NCBI RefSeq assembly: GCF_000143415.4
Contig: NW_003314320.1
Span: 815,159-879,158, forward strand
DNA length: 64,000 nt
Direction of reading: 5' to 3'
From: Selaginella moellendorffii
Taxonomy: Eukaryota > Plantae > Lycopodiophyta
Shown: piece after piece, positions 13,617-26,740 of the stretch
Layout of the letters: each line of letters begins with the position of its first letter
How positions within the stretch are numbered: the stretch's first letter is position 1
Notes under the pieces: generated by a model
What the model was told of the DNA's origin: nothing
Seen by the model: the letters and a program-made list of their open reading frames with translations, nothing else
Databases searched by the model: none
Program-made: the position numbers and the translations under genes

Positions 13617-13977
13617 TACGGCTTTCTGTCCAACTTCTACAGATCTCCCATCGCGCTCGACGGCAAGGTGTGGCCGACAAGAGAGCACTACTTCCAGGCG
13701 ATGAAGTCGTTTCCGGACGAGGTGAACATGGAGAAGGTGCGATGCGCAAGGTCGCTCACGGGGTGGCAGGACGCTGCCGCTGAGGAAGGATTGCGTGATG
13801 CGGACTGCCCTGCGTGCCAAGTTTGAGCAGCACGCCGATCTGCGGGCTCGCATGGTGGCTACAAAGGGCAAGGCGCTTGTGGAACACACCAAGAATGACA
13901 AGTACTGGGCTGACAGCGGGAAGAATATGCTGGGCAAGCTCCTCGTGGAGCTCCGGGACTCGGACATTGTTGTTTAG
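13617..13977 (+). pseudogene. NADAR/YbiA-family (N-glycosidase) fragment, intronless, frameshifted
   Basis: YGFLSNFY..PIALDGKVWPTREHYFQAMK in one frame, then PLRKD..VMRTALRAKFEQH...LVEHTKNDKYW...GKNMLGKLLVELR in another; shift near 13755; internal deletions. Confidence 0.8.
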
Positions 13978-14406
13978 TTAAACTCCTCTGTAAAGCTGGG
14001 CCGTGCCTCGGCTCCTTCCAGAACAGAGCATTTGATCCCTGTACGACTACATCTCTGAGAAAATCGCAAACTGGAGCGGTCATGGACTCCAATCTGTATA
14101 GAGGAAACCCTTGAACATTGCAGTGTTGTGTTGATTCCACATGCGTTGGAATATACATGATACAATGATGTGGTTGATTTGATTTAATCTGCTTATCACG
14201 GTAATAGTCAACCTTTTGCCTTGAATATTTAAACGTTATGGACATGGCCATCAACGTTTGTGATTTGTGGCACCTATCTCAAATCAAGCGCGATGAAAAG
14301 GCAGCCCCTTCCATGCTTATGCGAAAGAACCGAATGAAGAAATTACATGATTGTTCGCCTTTGAAAACAAAAGGACGATAAGATTGTAGTTGCTGAGAAT
14401 TAGAAG

Positions 14407-17400
14407 TCAAGGATTGCTCCTAGAGTGCCTCTGGAATTTTGGGAGACCTTTTAGCCTTTTTAGGAGGCTTTGGATGCTTTGGCCTCTTGATAGCCTTGCA
14501 GTGCTTGGGTTTCTTCTCATGTTTGTTTGCCTCTTCAAATCGATGACAGCTCCACTCCGGCGCATGCTTGTCTGCTTCAAAATCACTAGTGAGCATGGAT
14601 TGGAATTCAAAAGTGAAAGAGCATACCGGCAGAGACTGGCTGCGTTGTCCAATGGTTCGCGCAATTTGTAAATGTGGAGGAGAGTAGAACCATCACCAAC
14701 AACAAAACAGCATATCCCATGTCGAGAAGAAGCCCCGATTGAGAAACTTGAAAAGTTTCTAATATACAGTAGAGCCTACCATCATAAACCAGTCAGAAAT
14801 CCAATAAACAAAAAACTTTCGATGCGTACCGATTGATTGGCCATAAGCACGGAATTGAGCTTCTCTGTTTGCTCTAGCAACCTGTCGTGGGCTTTCATTT
14901 GATGAGGTAGAGGTTGTCAATCTGGCTTTCGTAAATCCAGCCTGAGCCTGGAGCCATAGTTTATTCACAAAAAAGAATTATAAAAAAAACGAAAGTAAAA
15001 GAGAAAGCTTACCAGGCGTTCCTGCCACCTTCTGCGAAGTGATAATTGCATCTGGGTTTCATCGTTGACTGCTAGTGCGCCTGTCTCTTTGTCGCTTGCA
15101 AGTGACACTGTTACCGAATTCAGGTCCGAGTTTCCAAGAGCCGCAGAAAAAGTTTGATCCTCAACAGCCGAATTGATGGAGAAAAGAGGTAATGCTGCCG
15201 AAGTATACAATGTTTAGTAATCAACACAAAAGAAGCTTACCTTTGGCTTGAAAAGCGTTCTGTAAGACGTCAACAACGGCTAGCTTCCTCCGCTTATGCA
15301 CTGGAGCAGCATTGTCTGCACTGATCCTGCAAGCTTTCTCCAAAGCCGCCATCGCTTGTATGGCCTTATTCCTTTCGAGGTTTGCACTCGTTTTGATGTC
15401 TGGTTTGAACAAGTCCAGCTGTGATATAGAGGACGAGAGGTTCTCAGTTTGCGCAGCCAGCACTAAAGGATGCCTTTCGCTTAGCAAATCCATACGAAGA
15501 GTCGGGCCATGTGCTCGCGAGCCTGTCATAAAGCTTAAAAAGCGAAGCAAGCCAGAGAAACAGATAGACGTACCATCTGCTCTGAGTCGAACCCAAACCG
15601 TGTCCATGAGTTTATATTCTCTGTCACACCGTCCATCTGTAACATCCTGAAAGTTCTAAAAAAGTCAGAAGAGGAACACATCGGATACAAATAATTTACA
15701 GTAATTTTTATGCTTGTCTTCTGTTTGATTAGGCGATATTGTTTCTCTGACGTCTCAGAATGCATTTCAGGTAATATAACTCGCCCATTTTTATCCTGTT
15801 GAAGAAATAAGCAGTAATTTGAGAGAGAAAAAAAACGACTTACCTCCAGAAGCACGAGACCACGGAGATCGTATTTGGGTACGAACACCATAATACCCTT
15901 CGTTGTGACACCGATGACCTGATAGTTCCAAAAGTTAAGCTTATGCATTCGGTTTTTGTTTCTGCGTACCACAGCAAGCTCTGCTTTGGCTTGTTTCTGG
16001 AGAAACATCAGTAAATAGAGCTCATTGCATTCCTTCTGAGCCCGCTTACTGGTTCTGTGCTTTTCATTCACGTGTTCCGCGACCTTCAACAAAAACTTAA
16101 TTCAACCATCACAGAAATTCCAGTTTTTACCTCCTGAAGCTCAATAGAACTCATTATATGTGGAACTTTGACAATGCCAGACTCTAGGTTTTGCTCCTGG
16201 CACGCTGCTATAAGCATCCGGTGCGCAAGGATGTCAGCATAGCGCCGTATTGGTGACGTGAAGTGTGTATAAAACCTGAGGTTGTGTTAAACATGTCCAA
16301 GGTAGCTTGATACTTACTCTAGCGCTAATCCATAATGATAGAAATGAGAAGGCTCTAGATCCTCGCCAGTAGAGAAATATTCTGCCTACACGAGGAAACT
16401 ATAACATAAAATGTGATCAATGTTTTCGTTACATTTTTTACCTCTGACATTGCACGCGTAACAAGAGCTCTGAAGGCACGCTATTTGTGTGTAAAACCCA
16501 CAGTTAGATAAGTTCACCCCCTAAACTGCCAATGTACCTCAACAACAAAATCGCCACTATCGCGCATACGGTCCAAAGAAGCTGCAAGTTGCTGTAGCAT
16601 GGGAGTAAGTGCTAGTAAAATATCGTGAATATTCTTGCCTTGTTGCTTGAAACGTCCAAAACAAATCCTCGCGCTTCACAGCACTGCAATGAACAAAGAT
16701 CCGATATAGGAAGAAAAAAAAAAGCACTCTGGCTAACCTCTAGCAACGTTGTGAAGCTATCAATCTTTGGTGGAGAATGTTTCCGAAGAAGTGCGCAACT
16801 GGGAAATGCTCTGCATGAAGTACACTTTAAAAACAGATCTAGAATTTCACTAAGCTTACCGGTAGATCTTCTCACCAACACAAGCATTGGCATAAATCAT
16901 CATCTCCGCAACTATCCAATTCATCTGATAATAAACTGATCAAATGACGATAATGGCGGAAAAACCAAAAACTCACAGGTAGCTCAACTTTCGTTTCCAC
17001 TTGCACAGGCTCTCTTCTCTCATCAATTTCGAACTTTAGTTCCGTACTGGCTAATTCCAAAGCACCATTGAGCCGCCTAAATAAGCGTCTGCTCTGAAAT
17101 GTAATGTCAACTAGGAAGTTGGAGGCAATTACCATGTTAGCTTACCTGAGCAAAAGTACCAAGCAGAAGGAGGTCACTTTGTAACTGGGACAGATCATTG
17201 GAGCCGCTCTTAATTTCCCAGCCGGGAAGTAAACGTTTTCCCTCCATAATAGTTTCAGCTTGAGCATAGAAGAGCTGAAAGCGAGGAACAGTGTCAACAC
17301 ATAAAGAATACCTGAAATTTCACACCTGGTATCGAGAACGTATTATCGTTCTTCCAAACCATGTTTTGACAACTTCAAAATTGTTTTGGCGGTCCAATGT

Positions 17401-19888
17401 CCATATTACACTTACAGCCAGCCTATCTTTTCCTCCAACTAACGAGCAGAGATTTTCACTGTAACAGATCAAACTTTCAGGGAGATAAGAAAAATTATCA
17501 AAGCTACCTTAAAACTGAAGGAAGCATATGCCAGCTTTTTCCAACCATATAGACAGTGGTTCCGCGAGATCTAGCCTCGAGGTCTAGAAGACTTCCTTGC
17601 TTCACAAAGTATGAAACGTCAGCTATATGGACTCCTATCTGGAATAAACGAAAGGATTATGCACGTATTCCAAGTAGTGACGGATGGATACCTCGACCAT
17701 GCCATTCTCCAGATCACTCACTGACAGGACATCATCCACATCCTTGCTTCCAGGAGGATCAATGCTGAGAAGAAAAGAAGAAGTGACACAAGTCAGCCTG
17801 AATGCCTGGTACCTGCAGCTACGATGAGAAAACCGGATATCTCTCCGAACGGCAAATTCTTCTTCTGGTATACTCCACGGGTTATCCAACGAATCCTCAG
17901 GAAGTTCCTGCAGCGATCTGATGCTGCGATGAGTAGGAAATAAGAAAAGAGGAGACCTTACAAATTGCTAAATGGAGCTACCGAGATTCCATTTTCCACC
18001 AGTATAGCGTTCAGTTCGGCATTCAAATCGCCGATAGGACCCAGAGATCGCACAACATGGCCCCTTGGAAATCTCGAGTCAAGTTCCCAGTTATCTATAC
18101 GCAATATAAATCTTTGATTGGATAGACGTAGTCCTTGGCGAGTGCTAACCTCGACCAGAGGAATGCGCTTGTCCATTGGTACGCACAATAAGCGTTCCTG
18201 CCTGCACTTTTGTAACATATACACACTTAGTTTCCATAAAAAAGGCTTACCTCGAAGCGGTTAGAAAAGCTTCATCTTCTTCCAAGAGACAAGCGACGTA
18301 GTCTCGTTGGTTCCTTTGTAATATGCCAACGACCTCTCCAGAAATAAGAGCATCATCAGATAAATGTCTGCTACCTTCCTCGTCGTCCAGCACATCTTCA
18401 TTGAGTATGTCTTCGTTTTCATTTTCCGTGAGTCTTAGCTTGCAAGTTTTTACCTGTGGCATAAGAAGATTAAGACACACTAATGGAGGATAAACATACA
18501 CTTACTACGACTGTATCCCCATGTATCGCCCTGTTTTGGAGTACTCGACCAGCAACAACAATTTCCAGCCGCGATGCCTCCCCTTTATTACTGCACATGA
18601 TACTCCATGAGACTGGTCATCAAGTTAGTCTAGAGAATCTACCTAGGACGAACCAATGCTTCTGATGGTGCGTGACGATTAACAAAGAAGACACCCACCC
18701 TCAAGTCCCCTCTCGAGATTCCAGCCTCCAACGAAATTGCTGTTCAGCAAGAGACATACTTGTAAAGCCATCAGATAAAAGAACATGACTTACTTGATAG
18801 ATGCTCTTTGTACAATCCCTTGCCTCCTCCGGACGGTGGCATTCTGCCATCACTAAGTTTGGCTTTCACTTCAACTGCTTCTATTATTGTGGCAGACTGT
18901 AATTGAAAAAAAACAGAGAAAGAAAATGATCGAGAACGGCCAAACAAAGAGAACTCACCAGCGATGTGAAGAGGTCAGCCACAGAAGAATCGTGATTCCA
19001 ATACTTTGAAAAATATGTACCGGCTTCGAGAACCTGTAAATCAGAAAATTACTCGCCAGCTTTCGCGTAACTATCAGCTCACTTCAACAGTTGTGCGAGA
19101 GTCGGTTAAATTTCTACCGGAATCCGTGGACGTCAAACCAGTTAGCAGCACCACCGGAACACCTCCGTTGATGTGATTGGCAAACCATACTGTGACTTCT
19201 TTCAGATAATTCGAAGAAGCCGTTTCGCAGCGTGATAGACAAGTATATATGCAATGCTGATCGTCAAACACAATGTTGCATCGCCTGTGGTCAGTAAAGA
19301 TCGATCTGAACAGATTATGTAGCTTTAAGAACATCCTCGAGAAACCAAAAACGATAAATTTACCGCAGCCTTCGCCAGCTTCGTTGGCCTAAGTTTTCTT
19401 GCACCTTCAATGCATGACACATAAATGGTCTCATGAACAAAGCCATTCCCGAAAAGGAAGCAGAAAAAACGCACCTCTTTCAGAACGGACGTAAGAAATA
19501 TCACAGCAGAGAATTGCGGAAGCTCCAATATCTCCCAGAATTGGAGAACAGCATCAGCATTTGGAAGCTAGAGCAGAAATCCAAGGAATTAATCAAACAA
19601 TGTAGAAAGAAGAAGGAGGAGGAGCTCGCTTCAGTATTACCAGGTAATGCGATGCGTCGGGAGGTAAACGAGGCAAATGCGAAGCACACGAGGAACATAG
19701 AGGACTGCCGCAGGGAATATCATCCCGCAAATAAATCTCCTCCGCCACGATCGAGATCGCTTTGGATCGCCTCTTGAACTTGCAGCGGCGATCCGCCTGA
19801 GCAGCGCCAAGGCATTTAGGATGAGGATCGATCGATCAGCGGCAGTGGACTCACCTTGCGCGCTACCCACACCGCCATGGCGACTCAT
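14407..19888 (-). CDS. DIS3/RRP44-family RNB 3'-5' exoribonuclease (DIS3-like), many exons
   Basis: [15 protein letters not shown] catalytic motif (~17720-17765), [18 protein letters not shown] (~16212-16265), CSD motifs ([26 protein letters not shown]); start ATG 19888; exact exon chain not fully resolved. Confidence 0.85.
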
Positions 19889-19917
19889 AAACCCTAGAGA
19901 AATTTAAATTTTATTTA

Positions 19918-20779
19918 TCATTGTTGGAAGGGAGAGTTATCAAAATCGCTGGCCGAGAAAGGCTTGGCACTGGGCTTTAGAAACTCGGGTCCATTGTCAT
20001 GGATGTTCTTGCAAAGCGAGTTATACTCGTGGAGCGTGGTTTCCAGGATTTGCTTCATATCTTTGACATCGCTACGAAGCTTTCCAACTGATGAAAATGA
20101 AAATAAAGAGACCAAAGATTGAAAGGAGGTAAGCAAACCTTGATCGAGATGCGAAGCAGTAGTTCTCATCACCGAGGCCGAATGTCCCAAGCGCTGGAAC
20201 AATTTGAGAGCTAATTCCTCCACTGCCTCGATCCTGTATCCCAGATCTTCCTGTTGATCGCATCCATCACGAAAACTTAGCAGCCTTCTTTCCTTCACGA
20301 GAATTGAAAGGCTCGGACCTGGCGCTTGCAAAGCTTTGTGGCATTTTCCTTTTGCCACTCGTGGTACAACGAAAAGAGCTCGGCAGTCGCGGTGGCGTCC
20401 AGAGACACTACAAGAAACGTAAACAGTAACTTAAACCAGGATAGAGGATAGACCAAGTCTCTATGGTGTTTGCTCACGATTCTCAACCGAGGTTTGGCTG
20501 GGACTAGACTGGCCGAGGAGAATCTCCTTGAGTCCGCTCTCTGGCGAGGAATGGCCCGGGAGCAACGCTCCAGCCTGACTTCATCGGAAGCAAATTCCAA
20601 TTTGAAATGGACAAAGCTTACAACTTTGAGCGAGTGAAGCGCCTTCAAATTTGGATCCACGCCACCGCCCTTGCTCTCGGAGATTGTTGTGATCTCATCC
20701 TGGGCGGTAGAAAATAGAAAAGAAAACTCAAAGCGACAAACCGAAGCACCTTAAGCGACCTGGACTCCGTCGCCCCCAT
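19918..20779 (-). CDS. Small coiled-coil protein with N-myristoylation motif MGATES, BORCS5 (BLOC-1-related complex subunit 5)-like
   Basis: ATG GGG GCG ACG GAG TCC at 20779; spliced exons give DPNLKALHSLK, ELFSLYHEWQ, QEDLGYRIEAVEELALKLFQR; family call from recall. Confidence 0.6.
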
Positions 20780-21050
20780 TGCAAACCCTAGAGAATTTTC
20801 GCATTCAAAAACACAAACAAGTTGTTGGATTCATTATATTGGCTTTGATTATACTACTTGCTAATTGTTTGAAGGCCAAATTCCTGACTTTCAACACGTT
20901 TGCAGGCTTCAACCAGATATAAAAATCAACCAAAAAAAAAAAAAGAGCAAGTGGACAGCCTTCACTTTGCTTTGTCCTAGTATATAACTGAGAGGATGCA
21001 TTGGTGGTATCAACAGAACATTTTTCCCCTTTCCTTTTCGAGCTTCGCCA

Positions 21051-22567
21051 ATGTCTTTGATTACACTCATTTCCATCATAGTTTTGATAGTTACTTGGTT
21101 CATTAAATGGAAAAGTGTTCGAAAAGATCTTCCACCGGGGCCATGGGGGCTCCCCTTGATCGGCCACCTCCATCACTTGATCCATCTTCCTCATCAATCT
21201 CTCCACCATTTGTCTCGCAAATACGGTCCCGTGATGAGCATCAAGCTGGGAAACAAGACCGCCATCGTCGTCTCCTCCAAGCAAGCCGCCAAGGAAGTCC
21301 TCACCTCGTTCGATAAGGTGTTCGCTTCAAGGCCGTGCTTGATCTCTCCCGAGTCCTTGTGCTATGGATCGCGCGACATCGCGTGCTGCGAGTATGGCCC
21401 CTACTGGAGGCAAATGAAGAAGCTTTGCATGACACACCTCTTCACTGCCAAGCGGCTGGAGGATTTCCGGAGCATCCGGCTGGAAGAGACGCTCGAACTC
21501 TTGCGTGACATCGCCGCGAATCAAGAAAGGCCTGTGGACATGAAGTCAAAGCTCTCCATGCTCACGTTTAACGTCATCACGCGCATGACGTTTACCAAGA
21601 GGTTCTACGATCGGTGGTCCGCGGCGAGCGATCCCAGGTTCGTGGAGGTGATCCTCGAGGCTGTGAGCTTGATGGGGGCCGTGAACATCGGCGACTACAT
21701 CCCCTGGCTGTCATGGCTAGACCTCGGGGGCTATCACAAGCGGCTCGAGAAAACGAGCAAGGAGATTGACGAAGTTCTACAAAGGTTGATTGATCAACAT
21801 CGCGAGGCAGCGCTGCCACTCCGCGACGATCCTGGCGATTTGATCCACACTTTCTTGTCGCTGGGAGTGGACGACAAGTCCATGAAAGGCGTGATCCTTG
21901 TAAGTTGCTAAGAACTCTCCATAGTGTACTAACGTTTTTGCTTTCACAGGATATCCTAGCGGGAGGAACGGACACCACGGCAGTGACTACGGAGTGGGCG
22001 CTCTCGGAGCTTATAAGAAATCCGGGAACTCTTCAAGAGCTGCGACAAGAGATCCAAAACATTGTGGGCGATGAGCGACTGGTGGAAGAATCCGACCTTC
22101 AAAAGCTCCACTATCTTAGGGCAGTCATCAAGGAGACATTTCGCTTGCATCCCGCGGCTCCTTTGATGGCACCCCACGAATCAATCGACGACTGCGAGCT
22201 TCAGGGATACAAGATCCCCAGGAAGACCTGGCTCATGGTGAATCTCTGGTCTCTCGGGCGGGATCCACGCTCGTGGGAATCTCCAGAGGCTTTCAAGCCG
22301 GAGAGGTTTCTTGGAAGTTCGATCGATGTCAAAGGCAATGACTTCGAGCTGATTCCTTTCGGATCCGGGAGGCGAATTTGCGCGGGAATGTCACTGGCCT
22401 TGATCATGGTCGGGCTCACTCTTGCTCGCCTCGTCCAAGCTTTTGATTGGAGCCTTCCAGGGAATGAAGAGATGAACATGGAAGAAAGCCAAGGCGTGAT
22501 CATGCGCAGGAAGAAACCTCTAGTAGTAAGTGCAAAATGGAGGCTTAATATGCAATCTGAAAAATGA
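21051..22567 (+). CDS. Cytochrome P450, CYP71-clan (A-type), two exons (21051-21899, 21950-22567)
   Basis: N-terminal TM helix, LPPGPWGLPLIGHL, AGGTDT, ETFRLHP, PERF, heme motif FGSGRRICAG; 50-nt phase-0 intron just before the I-helix. Confidence 0.95.
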
Positions 22568-23079
22568 CAATAATAATTTGTTGCATTTAAAAGTATAATA
22601 TAGCACCCTTTAACAAATTAGTCACATCAGTCACATGGCTGTTTAAATCCACTTGAGAGGCTGGAGCTCTTACTTAGGCCAAGACAAACATCTCAACAGG
22701 AACAATATCAATTAGTGTTGCTGCTCTAGAATTGAAGCATTTTGGCTCCAAAGTTAGGAGCTTGTATAAACTTTAGGGGTTTTGCATCCACTATTAAATT
22801 AGTAAATTTAATAGTAATTCACCACACTATTAGGTTTTGTAACCAAGATTAAAATATCAGTAAATAGCTTTTCACTTGGGTTTGTCTGGATGTGTGCAGG
22901 CATACAGTGTTGTTGGCTACAAGCAACAGTAATGCCCATGAAGCAACAAGGCATGGTGCTAGCAAGTGTACCATGGTACAAGGTAAGAGATCAATTGCTA
23001 AGTATTTCTAGGCATTTTTAGAGAGTAAAGCAATTTTACTTCTAACCACGTGCTATGGATGACTAAAGTAGGTATTCAT

Positions 23080-23340
23080 GGTGTTGGTGTTGGAAGTTTT
23101 GGCCCAAATGTTAATGGAACTCTTGGCCTAAATTCTCATGCTTGGCCCAAGTGTTGATAAAACTCTTGGCCTAGATTCTCATAGTATTGTTGTTAAAAGT
23201 AACCAAGTGCTAGTGGAACTTTTGGCATAGGTTCTCATAGTGTTGGTGTTAGAGGTCTTGAATTAAGTGATGGTGGAACTCTTGTCACAAATTCTTATAG
23301 TATTGCCACTAAGGGTCTTGGATTATTCCTAGAGCTGGCA
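23080..23340. repeat. Degenerate ~60-bp tandem repeat
   Basis: Recurring GGAACTCTTGGCCTA(A/G)ATTCTCATAGT(A/G)TTG units. Confidence 0.55.
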
Positions 23341-23685
23341 CAAGTTCTCATTGCTATTAAGTCTTGCTAGTGGAGTTATCATGAGTTTTAGTGGTCCAAG
23401 TGTTTGTGATTGACAATTCAATTAAACTCACAATGAAGTGATAGTGTTTATCCAAGAGAAGAGGATTGAGCTTGAGCAATATAAAGGCACATTAAATAAA
23501 GAGTATATAATCTATTCAAAAGAGAAGTCGGTGAGAATTTTAATAGAGTGAGAATTACTTTACCTTGATGACTAAGAGATGGAATGCTACAAAACTTGGG
23601 ATTATTGAGAAAAAAAGCTTTTGAAGAGATTAATGAATTCCTCTTTGCAAAACCAAATATTCACTTTAGTAAAGCTTCATAATAG

Positions 23686-26512
23686 TGTAAGGAACCAACT
23701 CCCTGAGGTGTCATAGGCTAAAGAATCCCTAAAAACACGACCGAAATGATAAAGAGTTCATCAGATGGAACCGAGTCTAAAATCGAGTCCAAGATCGACT
23801 CTGAGACCAAGTTTGAGATAGAGTCCAGGATCGAGTCCGAAGCCGACTCCGAGACCGAGTTCGAGACTGAGTTCGAGACTAAGTCCGAGATCCAAGATTG
23901 GGTCCAAGACCAAGTCCGAGGTCAAGTCCGAGATCAGGTCCAAGGTTGAGTCAAAGATCGAGTCCGAGATCGAGTCCAAAGTCGGGTTCGAGATCAAGTC
24001 CAAGACCAAGTCCGAGACCAAGTCCGAGTACTAATACATATTGAGGGGTTAAAGCCCAAAGTGTGTGTCTCCCGAGGGAGGGGGGGGGGGAGGGAGGGGA
24101 TGCAGGGGGTTCCAAAAGTATAGTAGGGATAGTGAGGTCTAGGAACCAGTCTTGAAGGAACTTTTCAGTGGTGCTTCCAAATTGACTTAAGGTTGAGATT
24201 GGGGTCGAAGGGCCTTGGGTGGGAGTGAGCATAGACTCAGGTGGTGCCAGAGGGGCCACCCAAGGAAGTGCTCAAGAGCAACTCCCACTCCCAGAATGGA
24301 AACTAACTGCAGTGCTCCCGACTTATGTGGAATGATGCCTCATTTGAGTACCTTGCGAAGATGTTGAGAAGACAACCTATCGAACAAGGTATGGGAGCTT
24401 TGAGTTTCTAGTGATGCCCTTCGGGCTATGCAATGCACTGGCAACGTTTTTGGCGTTAATGAACCACATTTTTGTACCCTATCTAGATCACTTTGTGGTC
24501 GTCTATATTGACAATATCCTGATTTATAGCAAAATGCTAGAGAAGCATGCCGAACACTTGATGAAGGTGTTTGAGAAATTAAGGGAACACCAGCTGTATG
24601 CTAAAAAGAGCAAATGTGACTTTGCTCAATAAGAGGTAAAATTTCTTGGGCATGTGGTGGGCAAGGACGGGCTTAAGGTGGACCCTGAGAAGGTCCAAGT
24701 GATCCAAGATTGGGATCCTATCAAACAAGGTATGGAAGCTTTGAGTTTCTGGTGATGCCCTTTGGGCTATGCAATGCGCCGGCAACATTTTCGGCATTGA
24801 TAAACTATATCTTTGTACCCTATCTGAATCACTTCGTGGTTATCTATATTGACGACATCCTGATTTATAGTGAGATGTTAAAGGAGCATGTCGAACACTT
24901 GACGAAGGTGTTTGAGAAACTAAAGGAACACCAATTGTATGCTAAAGAGAGCAAATATAACTTTGCTCAACAATAGGTAAAGTTTCTTGAGCATGTGGTG
25001 GGCAAGGATGGGCTCAAGGTGGACCTTGAGAAGGTCCAAGCGATCTAGGAATGGGAATGACTATCGAATGTATATGAGTTAAGGGCATTCTTAGGGCTTT
25101 GCAACTACTACCAAAAGTTTATCAAACACTATTTGAGAGTAACTTTACTTTTAACTGACCAAATGGGAAAAGGGAAGATGGTATGGATAAGAGAATGTGA
25201 GGTGGCATTTGTCCACCTCAAGGGGAAGTTGAGGAAGGCTCTTGTGTTGTTGTTACCAGATTTTGGTAAGGACTTCGAGGTAGAAACAGATGCTTTAAAC
25301 TTTGTGTTGGGCACAGTGTTAAAGCAAGACAACCATCCAGTAGCGTTCTTCTCGAAGAAGTTAGCAGAAGTGGGCTGCCCATAAGAAGGAATTGTTTGCG
25401 GTGGTCAAGGTGCTCGAGTGGAGACACTACCTTGGGAGACACTTCAAGGTTTACATGCAAGCTTAAAGTTGGCAATATCCAGCGCGACAACAACCTTTTG
25501 GGATGATGTGCAGATAGCATATGAGAACGATGGTCTAACACAAGAAGTGTTGCTAAGGAATCTAGAGGCACAAGAAGCTCACTAGAGAGGTGAGCTGCCA
25601 ACAGAAGAGAAAACAGGCTATACAGAATGCAATGAACTCATCTATTATAAATAAACAAAGGTGTATGTTCCAGAAGGGGAACTAAGGAAGGTAGCCTTAG
25701 AAGAGTGTCATGACGGACCTCTTGTGGAACACGGCAGAGTGCCCAAGATGATGGGCTTACTCAAGAGGAAGTATTATTGGCCAGATATGCCTAAGGACAT
25801 CCAAGACTATGTAAAGACATGTCCAACATGTCAGCAGGTCAAAGCCGTGGCTAAGGCTAGTGGGGGCTTGTTACAAAGCATCCCAATTCCAGATTATCCA
25901 TGGAAATATCTTACAATGGACTGCATCACGGGACTCCCCCCAAGTGAGGGGTTTGATGCAATATTCATGGTGGTGGACTGATTTTCGAAGATGGCACATT
26001 TCATACCCACCACAACGGAGGTGGATGCAGAAGGTGTGGCAAAGCTATTTTTCGAATAAGTGGTTTGAGTGCGGGGAAGGCCAGAGGAGATCATCTCAGA
26101 TCGAGATAAAATCTTCATCAATAAGTTCTAAGAACTCTTCTGGAACAATATCGCACCAAGTTGAAATTCAGCACAACCTATCACCTAGAGACAGGTATTT
26201 GGTATTAAGTCAAGTTTGATGGCACTAACACTTCTTGACAGATGGACAAACGGAAAGGGTGAATAGGCAGTTGGAGGATTATTTATGATGCTATGTCTCT
26301 GGAGACCAGACTGATTGGGTAAGTCATTTGGGACTTGCGGAAATGTGCTATAACAACTCACCACACTTGAGTATCAGAGTGAGTTTATGGGAAGTCATCA
26401 ATGGGCGAGCTATTGAAGGTCCTATGGAACTCGGTGTGGCCGAATATCATGGAGAGTTACCCGCAGTGGAGGCATTCATGGCGGAAAGTCTCAATATTTG
26501 GAATTTCGTGAG
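23686..26512 (+). mobile_element. Ty3/gypsy chromovirus family B, copy 1 (truncated LTR plus degenerate RT-RH-INT)
   Basis: LTR start TGTAAGGAACCAACTC as at 57827; [22 protein letters not shown] zinc finger, MDCITGLP; tandem duplication within RT. Confidence 0.9.
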
Positions 26513-26640
26513 GGGGGGGGGGGGGGGGGGTGGGGGGCTAAAAGTACCCCTACCGGGGCGTTAGGCCACGGGGTTTCCCCTCCGTGGCCCAAAAAAAGTG
26601 TTACACTCCAGGCTTGGGATTTAAAGGGTTTTAAAATTAA

Positions 26641-26740
26641 NNNNNNNNNNNNNNNNNNNNNNNNNNNNNNNNNNNNNNNNNNNNNNNNNNNNNNNNNNNN
26701 NNNNNNNNNNNNNNNNNNNNNNNNNNNNNNNNNNNNNNNN
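26641..26740. other. Assembly gap (100 N); preceding poly-G stretch looks low quality
   Basis: N run. Confidence 1.

Noticed and set aside
26513-26640. Poly-G and hairpin sequence before the gap as the element's left terminus
   Set aside because: Looks like low-quality contig end and has no match to the right terminus
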